Positions 21,593-32,914 of a DNA stretch of 64,000 nt are shown in pieces. How positions within the stretch are numbered: the stretch's first letter is position 1; every line of letters starts with the position of its first letter. A program made the position numbers and the translations under genes. This DNA is from Folioceros fuciformis (taxonomy: Eukaryota): the NCBI GenBank assembly GCA_049999805.1, contig JBNGIO010006380.1, positions 112,769-176,768 on the forward strand. The letters are read 5' to 3'. Under the pieces are notes generated by a model. That model was not told where the DNA came from and did not search any database. It was given only the letters and a program-made list of their open reading frames with translations.

Positions 21593-22843
21593 ATGGAGGC
21601 GGCGCAGGAGCAGATCCAGGCGCTGTACGCCGTCCGAGATACGTTTTTCCCAAGCGACCCGGCGGTGAAGAAAGCTCGAGTGTCGGAGCAAATGGCGGCC
21701 GTGCTGGCGGTGCTGGACGTGGTCCCGCCCGAGAGCCGGCGTCAGCCAGGTCGACGCGCGGAATGGGAGTACCTTCGAGGGAAGGCGCTGGACGCCGCGG
21801 CCGACTACAGCAAGGAGGCCGAGGAGCATCTGGCGAAGGCCGTGAAGCTGGAGCCGGGGCTGGTGGACGCCTGGTGCTGCCTGGGGAACTGCTTCTGGAA
21901 AAAGAACGATCTGGAGGCAGCCAAGAACTGCTTCACACAGGCCCTGGCGGCTGGTCCCCACGTGCGCGCTCTGCAGCAGCTGTCCATGTTGGAGAGACGG
22001 ATGGCGAAGGGCGCGCCCGGTGAGGCAGAGGCGGTGGAGGAGAGCATCCGGCTGGCCAAACAGGCGCTGGCTCTGGATGTGACGGACGGGCCTTCCTGGT
22101 ACACTCTGGGGAATGCCTACCTGACCAGTTTCTTTGTGGGTGGCGCGGGCGCTTGGGACCTCCCCAAGCTCCGCCTCGCCCTGAAGGCGTACCAAAACGC
22201 GGAGAAGCATGAGGCCGGGAACTCCAACCCGGACCTGCACTTCAACAGCGCCATCGTCCACCAGTACCTTGAGGATTACGAGCGCGCGCTGCGGGCATTC
22301 CAGTGCGCCGGCGCCCGGGACCCCGGGCTACAGGCGGATCAGCAGGCGGAGAAGTTGTTGCGGCTTCTGGCCCGGCTCTCCGACCTGGCCGGGAGCAAAG
22401 GGAGGATGAAGCCCAAGCGGCTGTCGGCCGTAATGAGCTCCGGGGGCGGGCTGGGCGACGCTGCCGTCCCCGCCTCGCACCGCCCGGTTGGCCTAGACGC
22501 ACTCCAGCAAGGCGTCAATGCTGGTGTAGCTGTGGCCTGCAAGGTGCTGCAATCCGTGGGGCACGACCAGCCGCTGCCGCTTTTCTTCCTGCTGGCAGAC
22601 TCGTCGGAGTCGTGCGTCGTCCTGTCCGTGTACGCTCTGCGGCCCGGCGTGATTAAAGACGCTCAGACTGTGACTCTGCTGGATCCCAATTTTCGGACCG
22701 TCTCCGTCGCCTGGCAGAATTATGAACTCCGCTACCGAGCTGTGCGGGTCGACCATCCTAAGCAAATTCTGCTAAATGGCCGCTCTCCTTCCGTGCAGGA
22801 TACAGTCCGCTCCACCATCCATGCCCATCATGTGCCTCCATGA
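21593..22843 (+). CDS. TTC5: Tetratricopeptide repeat protein 5 (TTC5/Strap) homolog, single exon
   Basis: LYAVRDTFFP; YLRGKALDAAADYSKEAEEHLAKAVKLEPGLVDAWCCLGNCFWKK; LDVTDGPSWYTLGNAYLTSFF; NPDLHFN; C-terminal OB-fold-like end YRAVRVDHPKQILLNG. Confidence 0.9.
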   Translation: MEAAQEQIQALYAVRDTFFPSDPAVKKARVSEQMAAVLAVLDVVPPESRRQPGRRAEWEYLRGKALDAAADYSKEAEEHLAKAVKLEPGLVDAWCCLGNCFWKKNDLEAAKNCFTQALAAGPHVRALQQLSMLERRMAKGAPGEAEAVEESIRLAKQALALDVTDGPSWYTLGNAYLTSFFVGGAGAWDLPKLRLALKAYQNAEKHEAGNSNPDLHFNSAIVHQYLEDYERALRAFQCAGARDPGLQADQQAEKLLRLLARLSDLAGSKGRMKPKRLSAVMSSGGGLGDAAVPASHRPVGLDALQQGVNAGVAVACKVLQSVGHDQPLPLFFLLADSSESCVVLSVYALRPGVIKDAQTVTLLDPNFRTVSVAWQNYELRYRAVRVDHPKQILLNGRSPSVQDTVRSTIHAHHVPP

Positions 22844-23137
22844 ATACTGAATGGATACAGAACTCTTTCACGAATCAGAAGTAGAAGGAATCAAAGTCCC
22901 CGACATGGCAGCATCCTTGCATTTCTCGTAAAGAAGACCAAAGCGGTTTTCCATCGAGTAAGTCTCAGGATCCCCGCCTACTGAACGGCGAGGCTCCTAA
23001 TTTCAGAAAGTCAGATCAGATAGACCAGGCCGCTAGCGGATACACACCTTGGTAGAAGGTAGGTTCGGACACAAGGGTCTGTGATACAAGAGAAGATGCT
23101 GGAGCCGATGTGTTAGAAGGGTCACGATCTGCAAGAA

Positions 23138-26100
23138 ATGGGGACGCTGGAATCCCGTCTGCTGTGCTTGCTGACCTTTATCCTCTGCTTGCACTGCGTG
23201 GGGCTGTATTTCTTCACCGGAGGATTTCTTCTTACGAGAACCGAGCTTCCCTCCGTCAGCACGTGCGCAGATGCAGCTGAAAATATAGAATGCGATCTAC
23301 ATATGGGTTGGGCTGGGTCTGACGAGGAATCTTGTCCTGTCGATGAATGCTGTTCTGATGATGGCTTTGACGAAACAAGCAGTGCAGGACATCAGTGCTG
23401 GACGAAACCTCTGGCGAAGCGCCTTGTCATACTGATCATAGATGCATTAAGGTACAGCTTGCTGACCCGATCCTTGCGTCTCCTGAACAAGGTAAGGGTT
23501 CTGGAGCTCTGGGGCAAGAATTACAATACTGTCTGTTCTGCGGGAACTAGGAGGTTTGTGTATTTGTACTGAATGGTGTGTTCGTTCCTTGTTTGCAGAT
23601 ACGACTTTGTTGCACCCACCGGCAATTCAACTGATGGTATGCTTTCAAGAGTACCCACGCAATTGCTGGTTTCAGACTGCGTCTTACTTGTTCCGGTCTT
23701 TCAGCAGAGGCTGCACCTTGGACGAATAACCTGGACATTCTCCAAAAGCTACTGGGAACGGAGGGAGTCCCTGCAAAGTTGTTTAAATTCGTAGCTGATC
23801 CACCCACAACCACCCTACAGCGCCTCAAGGTGAGCAGACTGCTGTGGTGACCTCAGAGAATAAGCATGTTCCTCCTTGAGTGTGGGAATCTGAAGGATTT
23901 CTGGATACACGCAAGGGCCTCACTACTGGTGGCCTTCCGACTTTTATGGACATTGGAGACAGCTTTGGAGCACCAGCTGTTGTCGAGGATAATTTGCTGT
24001 TGCAGGTGAAAGTTGAGGGCGTTCGAAGCCCCTTTGTATATTCAAAGAAACTTGTGTTTGAAGTAATGTGTGGTGTAATCTCATGTCAACATGCATCGTG
24101 CAGCTGATGCAGATGGGGAAAAGGGCGATTATGATGGGGGATGACACTTGGATGCAACTGTTTCCGAAACATTTCCAAGAGGCTTACCCCTTTCCATCTT
24201 TCAATGTCAAGGACCTGCATACTGTAAGCTGTACCCTACCTGTTGCTTTAGGCTTGCAGTTAATCAGCGTTGCCAGACTGAACGTATGATGCAAAACAGG
24301 TTGACGACGGGGTTATCAAGGAAATATTTCCAGCATTACAGCGAAGCAATTGGGACGTACTCATTGCACACTTCCTTGGAGTGGTACATCTCTTAGTACC
24401 AGGCACGCCGCTCCACTTGACTATTTTGCTGAAGTGATAGTGTTTATCATCTTTGTTTCAGCTTCCAGCTCCTTATGATTTCTTTTCATCTTAAAATTTT
24501 CAGGATCATGTGGGACATATTTTTGGTGTGGAGTCCCCGCTGATGGTGGAGAAGCTGAAACAGTATAATGAGGTGATTAAGGTGGGTCGTCTGCCTCATT
24601 TCAATTTCGTAGGTATTGTTCTTGAATACCAGGCTTAACATCCAACTGACTTGGCTGCAGAACATTTTCAGTCTCTTGTTGAAAGAATCACATCCAGGTG
24701 GCTTGCATGAGAATACCGTATTCACTATCATGGGGGATCATGGGCAAACACGAAATGGCGACCATGGTGGTGGGACGGCAGAAGAGGTACTCAAGTTCCA
24801 CGGATCTTGATTGCTGCATGTCACCGTGATCATGCCTTCATATCAACTGCTATGCTGTAAATTTTCATGAAAGGTGGAGACTGCATTATTTGCATTAACG
24901 ACTCGGGGCCTATCTCAGCAAGTTGACCTCTCCTTTCTGTCATCGGTGAGGCTGAGTACATCTCTCTCCTGCGATCATGTCGCCTTATACCCATGTACTT
25001 CAATGGTGGACAGATTGGCAAACGAGCATGGGTCTTGTTCCCTCGTTGTTGAATGACCTTTGCCTTGATTGGCTACAGGATATGCCAAAACGAGAGTCGA
25101 TTACCACATTCCCACAGGTTGGTACCTGATGGTTTTTGGACTGCCTCTCCCTGTCTCAATCACGCCTGAAGCTTATCCAGCATAGATTTGTCCGTCTGAC
25201 AGCTGGATTTCGCTGCAACAATAGCAGCAATCATGGGAATCCCCATACCTTTTGGAAGGCAAGTTTGCAACCTTCACCTTCATACAAGGATAGAGCTGGG
25301 GGAAAGTGCTGAGATAAACTAGCCTGAGACCCTCCTTATCATCTTTTGCAGTGTTGGGCAGGTGAATCCTATACTTTGGAGTTTGGCTGCTGGTGCCAAC
25401 TTTTCAAGCCAGTCCGAAGGATGTCAGAAAGACTCAAAATCTCGGAGGAATTTGAACGAATACTCACAGGCTCTTTGCCTCAACAGTTGGCAGGTGAACC
25501 GTCTTTTGCTGCAGATTGAAGACAAGGTCCTTATGGATTTGGTTGCCCTCTTTTTTCACTGTGTGTAAGTAGCTAGCATTTCTGAGTACGTGTTTGGCAT
25601 GAAACAGGTCAAAAGGTATCTAGAAAGCTATTCAGCTCAAGCTTTGACCGGCTTTCCCATAAATGACCTATTGAAGTTGAGAGAGCTGTATGTTGCCTCT
25701 AGAGCTCCGGTGCACAAACAGCTTGTGCTTCCAGAGGAGGAGAGAATAACTGCTTTTTCTGCTTTTCTCTCAGCAGCTGCTGCTCTGGCACGATCACAGT
25801 GGACTCAGTTCCATGTTGAGTGGATGAGCATGGGGATTGGGGTGCTCTTGGCTTCCCTTGCAGTTCAAAGCGTGGCACTTTACAGAGTGAGAGAGCTATC
25901 TTCAACTACCGAGAACAGATGCACAGAACTGTTCTTTCCAGTGAAGAATGTTATCCTCAGAAGTTTGCTGTATACCTCACTATCTGCGAGTGGAATGGTG
26001 GTGGTCTTGAACATGATTCGTGGAAATGCAATTGTGGACTTCACTCTTGATGGCCAGCTGAAGGCAATGGTTCCTGGACTGTGGGCTCTAGTGGCTGCTC

Positions 26101-28158
26101 TTGTATTTTTGCTGTCGAGGGGAGGCACCACAGCGCCGAAGAAGCTTGTTTCTATGAAGTTTATGAACTCAGGCTGGGCATTGACGATCAGAACAGCGAG
26201 TGTTGGCTTTTTTGTCTTCCTACATGCCTGCAGTCTCTTCTCAAACAGCTTCATTGGTATGTTGAATCCAACCAGTCTCCTTTCTGGTAACTGGATGCAT
26301 ACGTGATTCCAGTTATGTAATTTATTTGTGTTCCCGTTGCTGATGTGTAGTCAGTGAATGGAATGTAATAAGTTTCTTCCTGGCTTCCACTGGTGTTCTG
26401 TACCTCCGGCAAAGTTTGCAGGATAGATCGAAATTTCTTAAGGTATCTGCCTGCCCTTCTTTCTTCAGTTGCCAACTTTCCGCAATTTGTTTCACTTTGG
26501 TGGCGTTTGTGTAAATGTAACTGTACTGTTTGGCAGGCTATTTCCTTCCTTTTGTCGAATTTCAGTCTCATAGCCGTTGGACTTATGGGGACACTGAAAG
26601 GAACAACAGTGGCAAACAGCATATTGTCGTACTTTGATGTCTGGAAGCACTTAGCTAGAGTCCTATTGTGGACTTCTGGCCCAGCATGCCTTGTTCTGTT
26701 CATCCTTACTGTGGTGATTCGACGACTTGGAGTGTATTATCAATCAAAGTCAAGAGGTACCTGGTTGGTGCTTGGAGTTGTAGCACCTGCAAGCTATGCT
26801 CTTGTAGCCTTGTACTGGCTAATCACAGATGTCACGGGTTCTCTGTCATCTGTTGACGGTGGAGACGGCAGCTTGTTAGCCGAGAGTGTGAATGAGATGG
26901 CTCGACTTCAGCTGCCTCGGATGGTTTTTTGGATTTCTGGAGTAATCACCCTGTACACTATGCTTAAGAGTTTGACGAAATCCACTGTAGATCATAGGGT
27001 TTTGCTGGAAGGGGTCCACGAAGCGGTCACAACTCTGCTTGTTGGCTGGAGTGGAACACTGATGCTCCTCATTGGAAAGAAAGGACCAGCAATCATTCTG
27101 CTTGCGTGTCTTCAAGGTTAGTTTCCTTAAGTTGTCTGCAGTCCCTTGTCGTCTGCTAACGGACCTCTGCATCTGAATATGTCTGCAATGTGCGTTTGTT
27201 TCAGCTTGGTGCCTGCGGGAAATGCATAGGGGACATCTCGGTAGTCAAACTAACCCTCCTGCCACTATGATGGTGGACTGGAACTTCATCGCCGTGCACC
27301 TTTTCTTTTGCACAGGACACAGGTACAGTTTTTGTTTGAAATTGTATTGCTCGGATCGCAAAACTCACTCGTTGGTATGCTAAGACGTAGTGTTTACACA
27401 GGTGTACTTTTGACGGCCTGAACTATACAGCCGCGTTCATGGGGTGAGCACATCATGTGCTGGCATTCTGTCACTTGCTGTAGAGGCTAGTTTGAAATCT
27501 TCTGTTATCAAAAGGCTGTCTCCAAGTCGGCGGTGGTGACATTTCTACCTGCAGGTTTAACGAATTCAACTTTTTTCGGCAAGGGGTTTTACTTGCCCTG
27601 GACACCTTTGGTACATCCCACCTGCTGCCTGTAATGGCAATCCCTTTGCTGATTGTAGATGACAAACTACACAGAGAAAAATTTGACCCAGACAGAAACA
27701 CAAATTTTCTGCTGAAAACAGCAAAGGTGAGCTGTTCGTCTAAGGAATCAGGAACCAGATAAATTTGAAGCTTCTGTGATCCACACCTTTCCTGCTTGTG
27801 TTGGAGGTGCCTACTTGCCTAATCGGTTTTCTGACGGTGCAGCTGTATCTTTCGTACGGACTCATTCAATCCATTAGCGCAACGGCATCAGTTCTGTGTG
27901 CTGCTCTGCAACGGCGCCATCTCATGGTATGATCCCCTAGTAGGCCTTGCAACCCTTCCTGATGGAGCTCATGTGCTGGAAAGCAATACATGCTGATGAT
28001 TCCTGCTGATGTGTTTGCAGGTATGGGGCCTGTTCGCGCCGAAATATGTCTTTGATGGTGTGGGCTTGATAGTGACTGACGTTTGCATTCTTCTGGGAGC
28101 GCTGGTAGTCGTGTCCTGCAAACCAATGAACGCTAGTTGTAAATCGGTGAAAGATTAA
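23138..28158 (+). CDS. PIGO: GPI ethanolamine phosphate transferase 3 (PIG-O/GPI13), multi-exon
   Basis: GLYFFTGGFLLTRTEL; ILIIDALR|YDFV; FVADPPTTTLQRLK|GLTTGGLPTFMDIG; MGDDTW; PFPSFNVKDLHT; IAHFLGV|DHVGH; MGDHGQTRNGDHGGG; FFCTGH; RRHLM|VWGLFAPKYVF. TAA at 28156-28158. Confidence 0.95.
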
Positions 28159-28327
28159 CCACTAATGTATGCACGTCTTTTAAAAAATGCTGTCCTTACC
28201 AAAGGGAAGAGGATCATACGCAAATGGAGTCAGGGGTCTCATTGTGCCTTACGTGAGCATGGCCAAAGGTACACTTGATCATCTGAGGAACGTTGTTGGT
28301 TTCATCAATTTTGACCCAGTGCACGTG

Positions 28328-28531
28328 TAGTAACGGTTGGTGAAAAGGTTGGTGAGAATCCATTGCCCCGAAAGGTTCCACCACGGAGGGAGAGTGAGGG
28401 CTGTGATCATTCCGAAAGGCGTAGGCAATGGACAGTAGCCAAGTGCATATTCCGGTACTATCCTCGGTCGGTTCCGATGACGGAGAAGGAAGGTTAGCTT
28501 ATAGCCGAGAGATGGTCACCTAGTGTAAGGA
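28328..28531 (+). pseudogene. Decayed plastid/bacterial-type 23S rRNA fragment (probable NUPT)
   Basis: Ordered blocks tggtgagaatcca.tgccccgaaa, ccacggaggg.gagt.aggg, ccgaaaggcgtag...atggaca, atattcc.gtacta, gacggagaagg, tagccga.agatggt, recognised from plastid 23S rRNA; many substitutions and indels. Confidence 0.7.
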
Positions 28532-30974
28532 CTCGCTGTGCCTGCCATATGGGATGGTTAAGGCCAGTCCCGCATGAGGGATTGTATGCAGAGAGCGAGG
28601 AGGTAACCGATCCCTTTTGTTCGTCGGATTTCCGACGACTTTGCCAAACCCTTCTCAAACTGATCATCGTGTCGGAGTCTCAAAGAAGATGAAGCATCTG
28701 GGTTCAAAGAAAGTGAGGAAGCTGAGTTTGCAGCCAAATGCACAGTTTGCAGTGGCTGCTTTGGGATTTGGGAGGGGGGAACAGTGGGCATCAAGCTGAG
28801 CACAGGAGATCAACACTTGAAAGTTGAACTGGAGATATTTGAGATGCTTTCTTGAACCGCAATATGGTTCCAAGTACGAGCCTTGTGATTTTAAGTACAA
28901 GCGTTTCCTACCGACCCAGACACTGTCCAAGCTTTCCGACGATCCAAGCCTTGAACACATTGCACATTTTTTATGTCTTCCTTCAAGAGACGACATGCAT
29001 GTTTTGGAGCCTTCGCAATGTCTGGAAAGCTCCTAGTCAAGTTCTGAGCTCGTCTTCGTCGCAGCTTGAACGATCATGTTGATCATTGGCGAGTAGATCT
29101 AAATTAGCGGCGTGCGATTTTGCAGGTTCGCACGTCGGCCAGATGCTGGCTACATTAATGAGCCGGCAGGCTCAGCCGATCCTAATCGATGGTGCCAGAC
29201 TCCGTGTCAATGCTTGCGTGCAGATATACGTCTTGCTTGGGAGTCTTGCTTGGGAGCAAGACTCGTTGATGATAAGATTCGTGACGGGGCCAGTTTGTCC
29301 ATCCAATTGTAAAAGAAGATATCTGCCTACAACTAGTGCCTGGAACCTCTCACTTGTTGTGATTGAGGCATGCACAAGTTGTAAGAGGTCTTTGCCTACA
29401 ACTTGGTGTCCACAATCCATCACTTGTTGTGATTGAGGCGAGCTGTGCTCTCCATCGGGAATTTGCACACAAGCATGTACGTCCTTCGACATGGACAGGA
29501 CAGAAATCTTTTGCGAGGACTGCATAGTGCTGGTCTTGGACGTGGTGCGATTTCAACGTCATGAAAGCACTTGACGATAGCGGGTTACTGGTGGTACTTA
29601 GTTGGGCCGGTCAACTGTGTACCCAAGAACCAGCAGGTGCTTGATCATTCAAGACTGTGGGGGTGTGGTGGATCCATTGAGGCTACAGATTATGGAGGGG
29701 ACATGCAGCTGGCGGGGTCTGGTTGTTCAACGCCTGAATCCTTATGTGCACCTGTGTTAGTCAGCAATGTAGATAGATGCGGTGGCTCGAAATTCATGAA
29801 ACAGCGCAAACGAGAGTACTACTCCCTGTACAACCCCACCGTACTGGTGCCCTGACGAGCACGTACATCCTTTTGACAGACGCAGCGCATCCCCCCCTGT
29901 CTGCGCCAACGAGACACAAAGCGAGCACCAACTCGCACCAACTCACACCAACTCATCAGCAAAAATCAGACACCGAAAGTTACCGGTATCCGTCGCTGAA
30001 CAGGACAAAAGAACAAATTCACCAACGCAGACCAGTGGAATCAACACCACCACATGACCGCTCGCCCCTTACATCTACCAGAGCACACCGACACAGCCCC
30101 GTTCCAGACTGTTCACAACTTTTGCGCTTCGCAAGGAACACAATTGACTCTCACAATTGATCAGCAAAAAGAACGCACCCGGAAACTTCTGCGTCATCGT
30201 CCCTGAACAAGAAGGACATGCAAACAACTACCATCCACAAAATGTCAAGAGGATCTTCACTGCGACGAGACCACTCCCCCCTCACATCTACCACAAGAGC
30301 ACACCAACGAACTCTCATCCCATACGGTTCATAACTCCTGCGCTCCACAGGACGCCTCTCAATTTCTGCCTCCCCCTTTCGTGTCGTCTCGTCCCGGCCG
30401 CAAAGGACGCCATCCACCACTAACCTGAAATAGCCAATGGGACACTAAAAGATTCTCAGGGAAGACCCAAGCTGAAGCATCGACAGAAAAGAAACCCTAA
30501 GGGCCACACAAAACTGTACACGCTGTCCAGTTTAGAGGAGGTTTGACGACAGCTCTGCTTGATTGTGGGAATCCAGGTTTTCTTGCAAATCAGAAACTAC
30601 TAACGGAACAGCGAGGATCACTCGTTACAGTTACGGATAACCGATCTCCTGGCCAGGGGTTCTGCAGAGCAACCTAAGCTTGCACTGTTATCGATCGCTT
30701 CTGCTGGATGGAGGAAGACGAGAATGCACTCGTGTGTAAAGCGATTGGAGCGTCGGTAACTTGTTTCTGGTCAGGACACTGCTTGTTTCGGTACGATGAA
30801 GATCGGTACTTTCCTCTATGTATTTGCGGTACTGAGCAGAATTTTCATTTTTCAGAAAAATTGTTACGCGGAGGAAGGAAGGTGGGAGAGATGGTGGAGT
30901 GAGTCGTGGTGGTGCTGGAAACGGAGATTGCGGAAACAGGGCGGGAGGCGGTGTAGTCTGACGCTGCTTCGTTC

Positions 30975-32914
30975 ATGGATGATGTGGATGGGAAGTATGG
31001 CCCTCGGCTGCCTCCTAGCATGCTTGCTGCTCCAAGGAAGGCGAGTGAATCGCTCGCGAGGCAAGGTTCGGAATTAGTGACACGAAAACCTAGGTTAGAG
31101 CAGAATGGAAAATCAGGGGAGGCTTTTACCAAGAGGAAACGAGAGAAAGTTACGGACACGATGGAGTCTGGCAGTGACAGTGATCCCAGCTCTGGGCCTG
31201 AGACCAGCTCGTCTTCGTCTGGCACTTCGTCGTATACGTCGTCGGATTCGGAGACAGTGAAGCGGAGGAAAAAGTCTGGTGCTCGGAGGCTCTCACGAAC
31301 TGTGAGCGCTAGTCATGAGTCTGCTTCGGATTCGGAGCCTGAGAAGTGGAGCAGGTAATGACTTTGTTTACATGGCTCTGGGGTAGCAGGCATGTGAATG
31401 GTGTATGGGGCAGGACCTGATGGGCAGGGCATCCAAGTCATGTCTATTCGAGATGGTGCTGTGGAGATAAGTCATGCTGAATGGCGTGTGTGGAAATGGT
31501 GACTTGCAGCGTGCGTTGAGAAGGGGAATGATGCGGCCTTGCAGTTCATACGTGTACATGCATTGTTATCAGCTCTCATTAGGCTTCTTTTGTTTTGTCC
31601 TAGGAAATCAAAACAGAAGCAGCGCAAGGATATGCATAGACGTAAGGAAGACAAGGTGGAGAAAAAGAAAAGGGATAGGAAGAAAAAGAGGGACGTGAGC
31701 TCTGATAGTGAAGATACGTCAAGAAGTAGAGAGCGAGAGAAGTCCAGACGAAGGGACAGCCATGACAGGCATGTCTCTAGTAACGCAAGGCATAAGAAAA
31801 GGAGGTCGGATCTGCCCAAAGCGAAGAGTGACAAGGACGATGCATTGAAACCTTTGTCGTCCAAACTTCAGGTGATGCTCCGGGTCTGCTTTGGGATTTG
31901 TTTGGGTGTTTATGCGATGTACTGGTTGCTCTTCCCCCGCATTTGTCTCAGTGGCGATTGTGGGCTCATCGTGCTTGGTGGGTGTCGACTGTTGGGCAGG
32001 TTACAATGGAGGAATATGATCAGCAAAAGGCTCTGATCCGCCGTAATGCCGAACTTGCCAAGGTCGTCTGGTGTTGAAGGTTGAACCAGCAGTTGGTTCC
32101 CAGTTTCTTCCCTTTTGCAGATGGTGCTGATTTTTTGTTGGCCATGCCTTCAGGCTAGGCTTGCAAGTGGAGAGTTGCAGAGAGCACGTAGTGAGCAGAT
32201 GGAAATGCAACGCCTATATGGTGCAGTTGACTGGCGGTAGGATCGTAAACTAGAATATTGCTCGGTTTATTGACATGTCCCCGTGATGCAAGGTCGGTGA
32301 TTCGTTCTAATTGAGACCCGTTTCTGAATGCAGAGCCAAGAAGAAACTCCAATCTGAGAAGAAGGTACCCGTGTTGATTTTCTACTGATGTACTGCCAAC
32401 ATGGTGTCACTGTTCACTGTTCTCGCATACCTAGCAAGCTATTTGAGATCGTTGAATAAGGCCCTTTTTTGTCTGTTTCAGAAGTTAGAGCGAACAGTGG
32501 CTGCAGGGAATAAGCTTGCGAAGATGGAAGAGAGGGAAAGTGCGAGGATGGATGCCTTTCGTGTTGCGGTGAGTGCTCGGTTGGGGGCCCATGTGTGCTC
32601 TTTCGATGTGCTGAGTAACCTCGTCTGTAATGATCGTATGATCTGGGCTCAAGTTTTTGGAAGCGAAACAACAATATTTTCTTCTTCTAATCAGAGGTGC
32701 ACTCGGAGTGTGTTTTGCATGAGTGTCTCCTTGGTGACAGCTGGGATTGCCGACAGCAGAAGCACAAAGGCAGGCGGAGTGGAGAGCAGAAGCTACTCGG
32801 GCCCTCAACCAGATGGAGGTCTTGGGCAAAGATGTGTCACCTTCATACATGGCCAAAGTGGGCTACAGGAGTGGCAAGCATGGAATCATCGGACCACGAC
32901 TGCCCCCTGGATGA
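30975..32914 (+). CDS. Lys/Arg/Ser-rich, probably nuclear protein with C-terminal coiled coil (multi-exon, unknown family)
   Basis: Exons MDDVDGKYGPRLPPS...SDSEPEKWSR|KSKQKQRKD...SSKLQ|...AKKKLQSEKK|KLERTVAAGNKLAKMEERESARMDAFRVA|LGLPTAEAQ...IIGPRLPPG*, mostly with GT-AG boundaries; the middle exons are uncertain. Confidence 0.7.

Noticed and set aside
21250-22765. Long overlapping ORFs on both strands across TTC5
   Set aside because: Expected from very high GC content; no recognisable domains. The exception is the minus-strand frame at 21418-21206, used as PPR exon 1.
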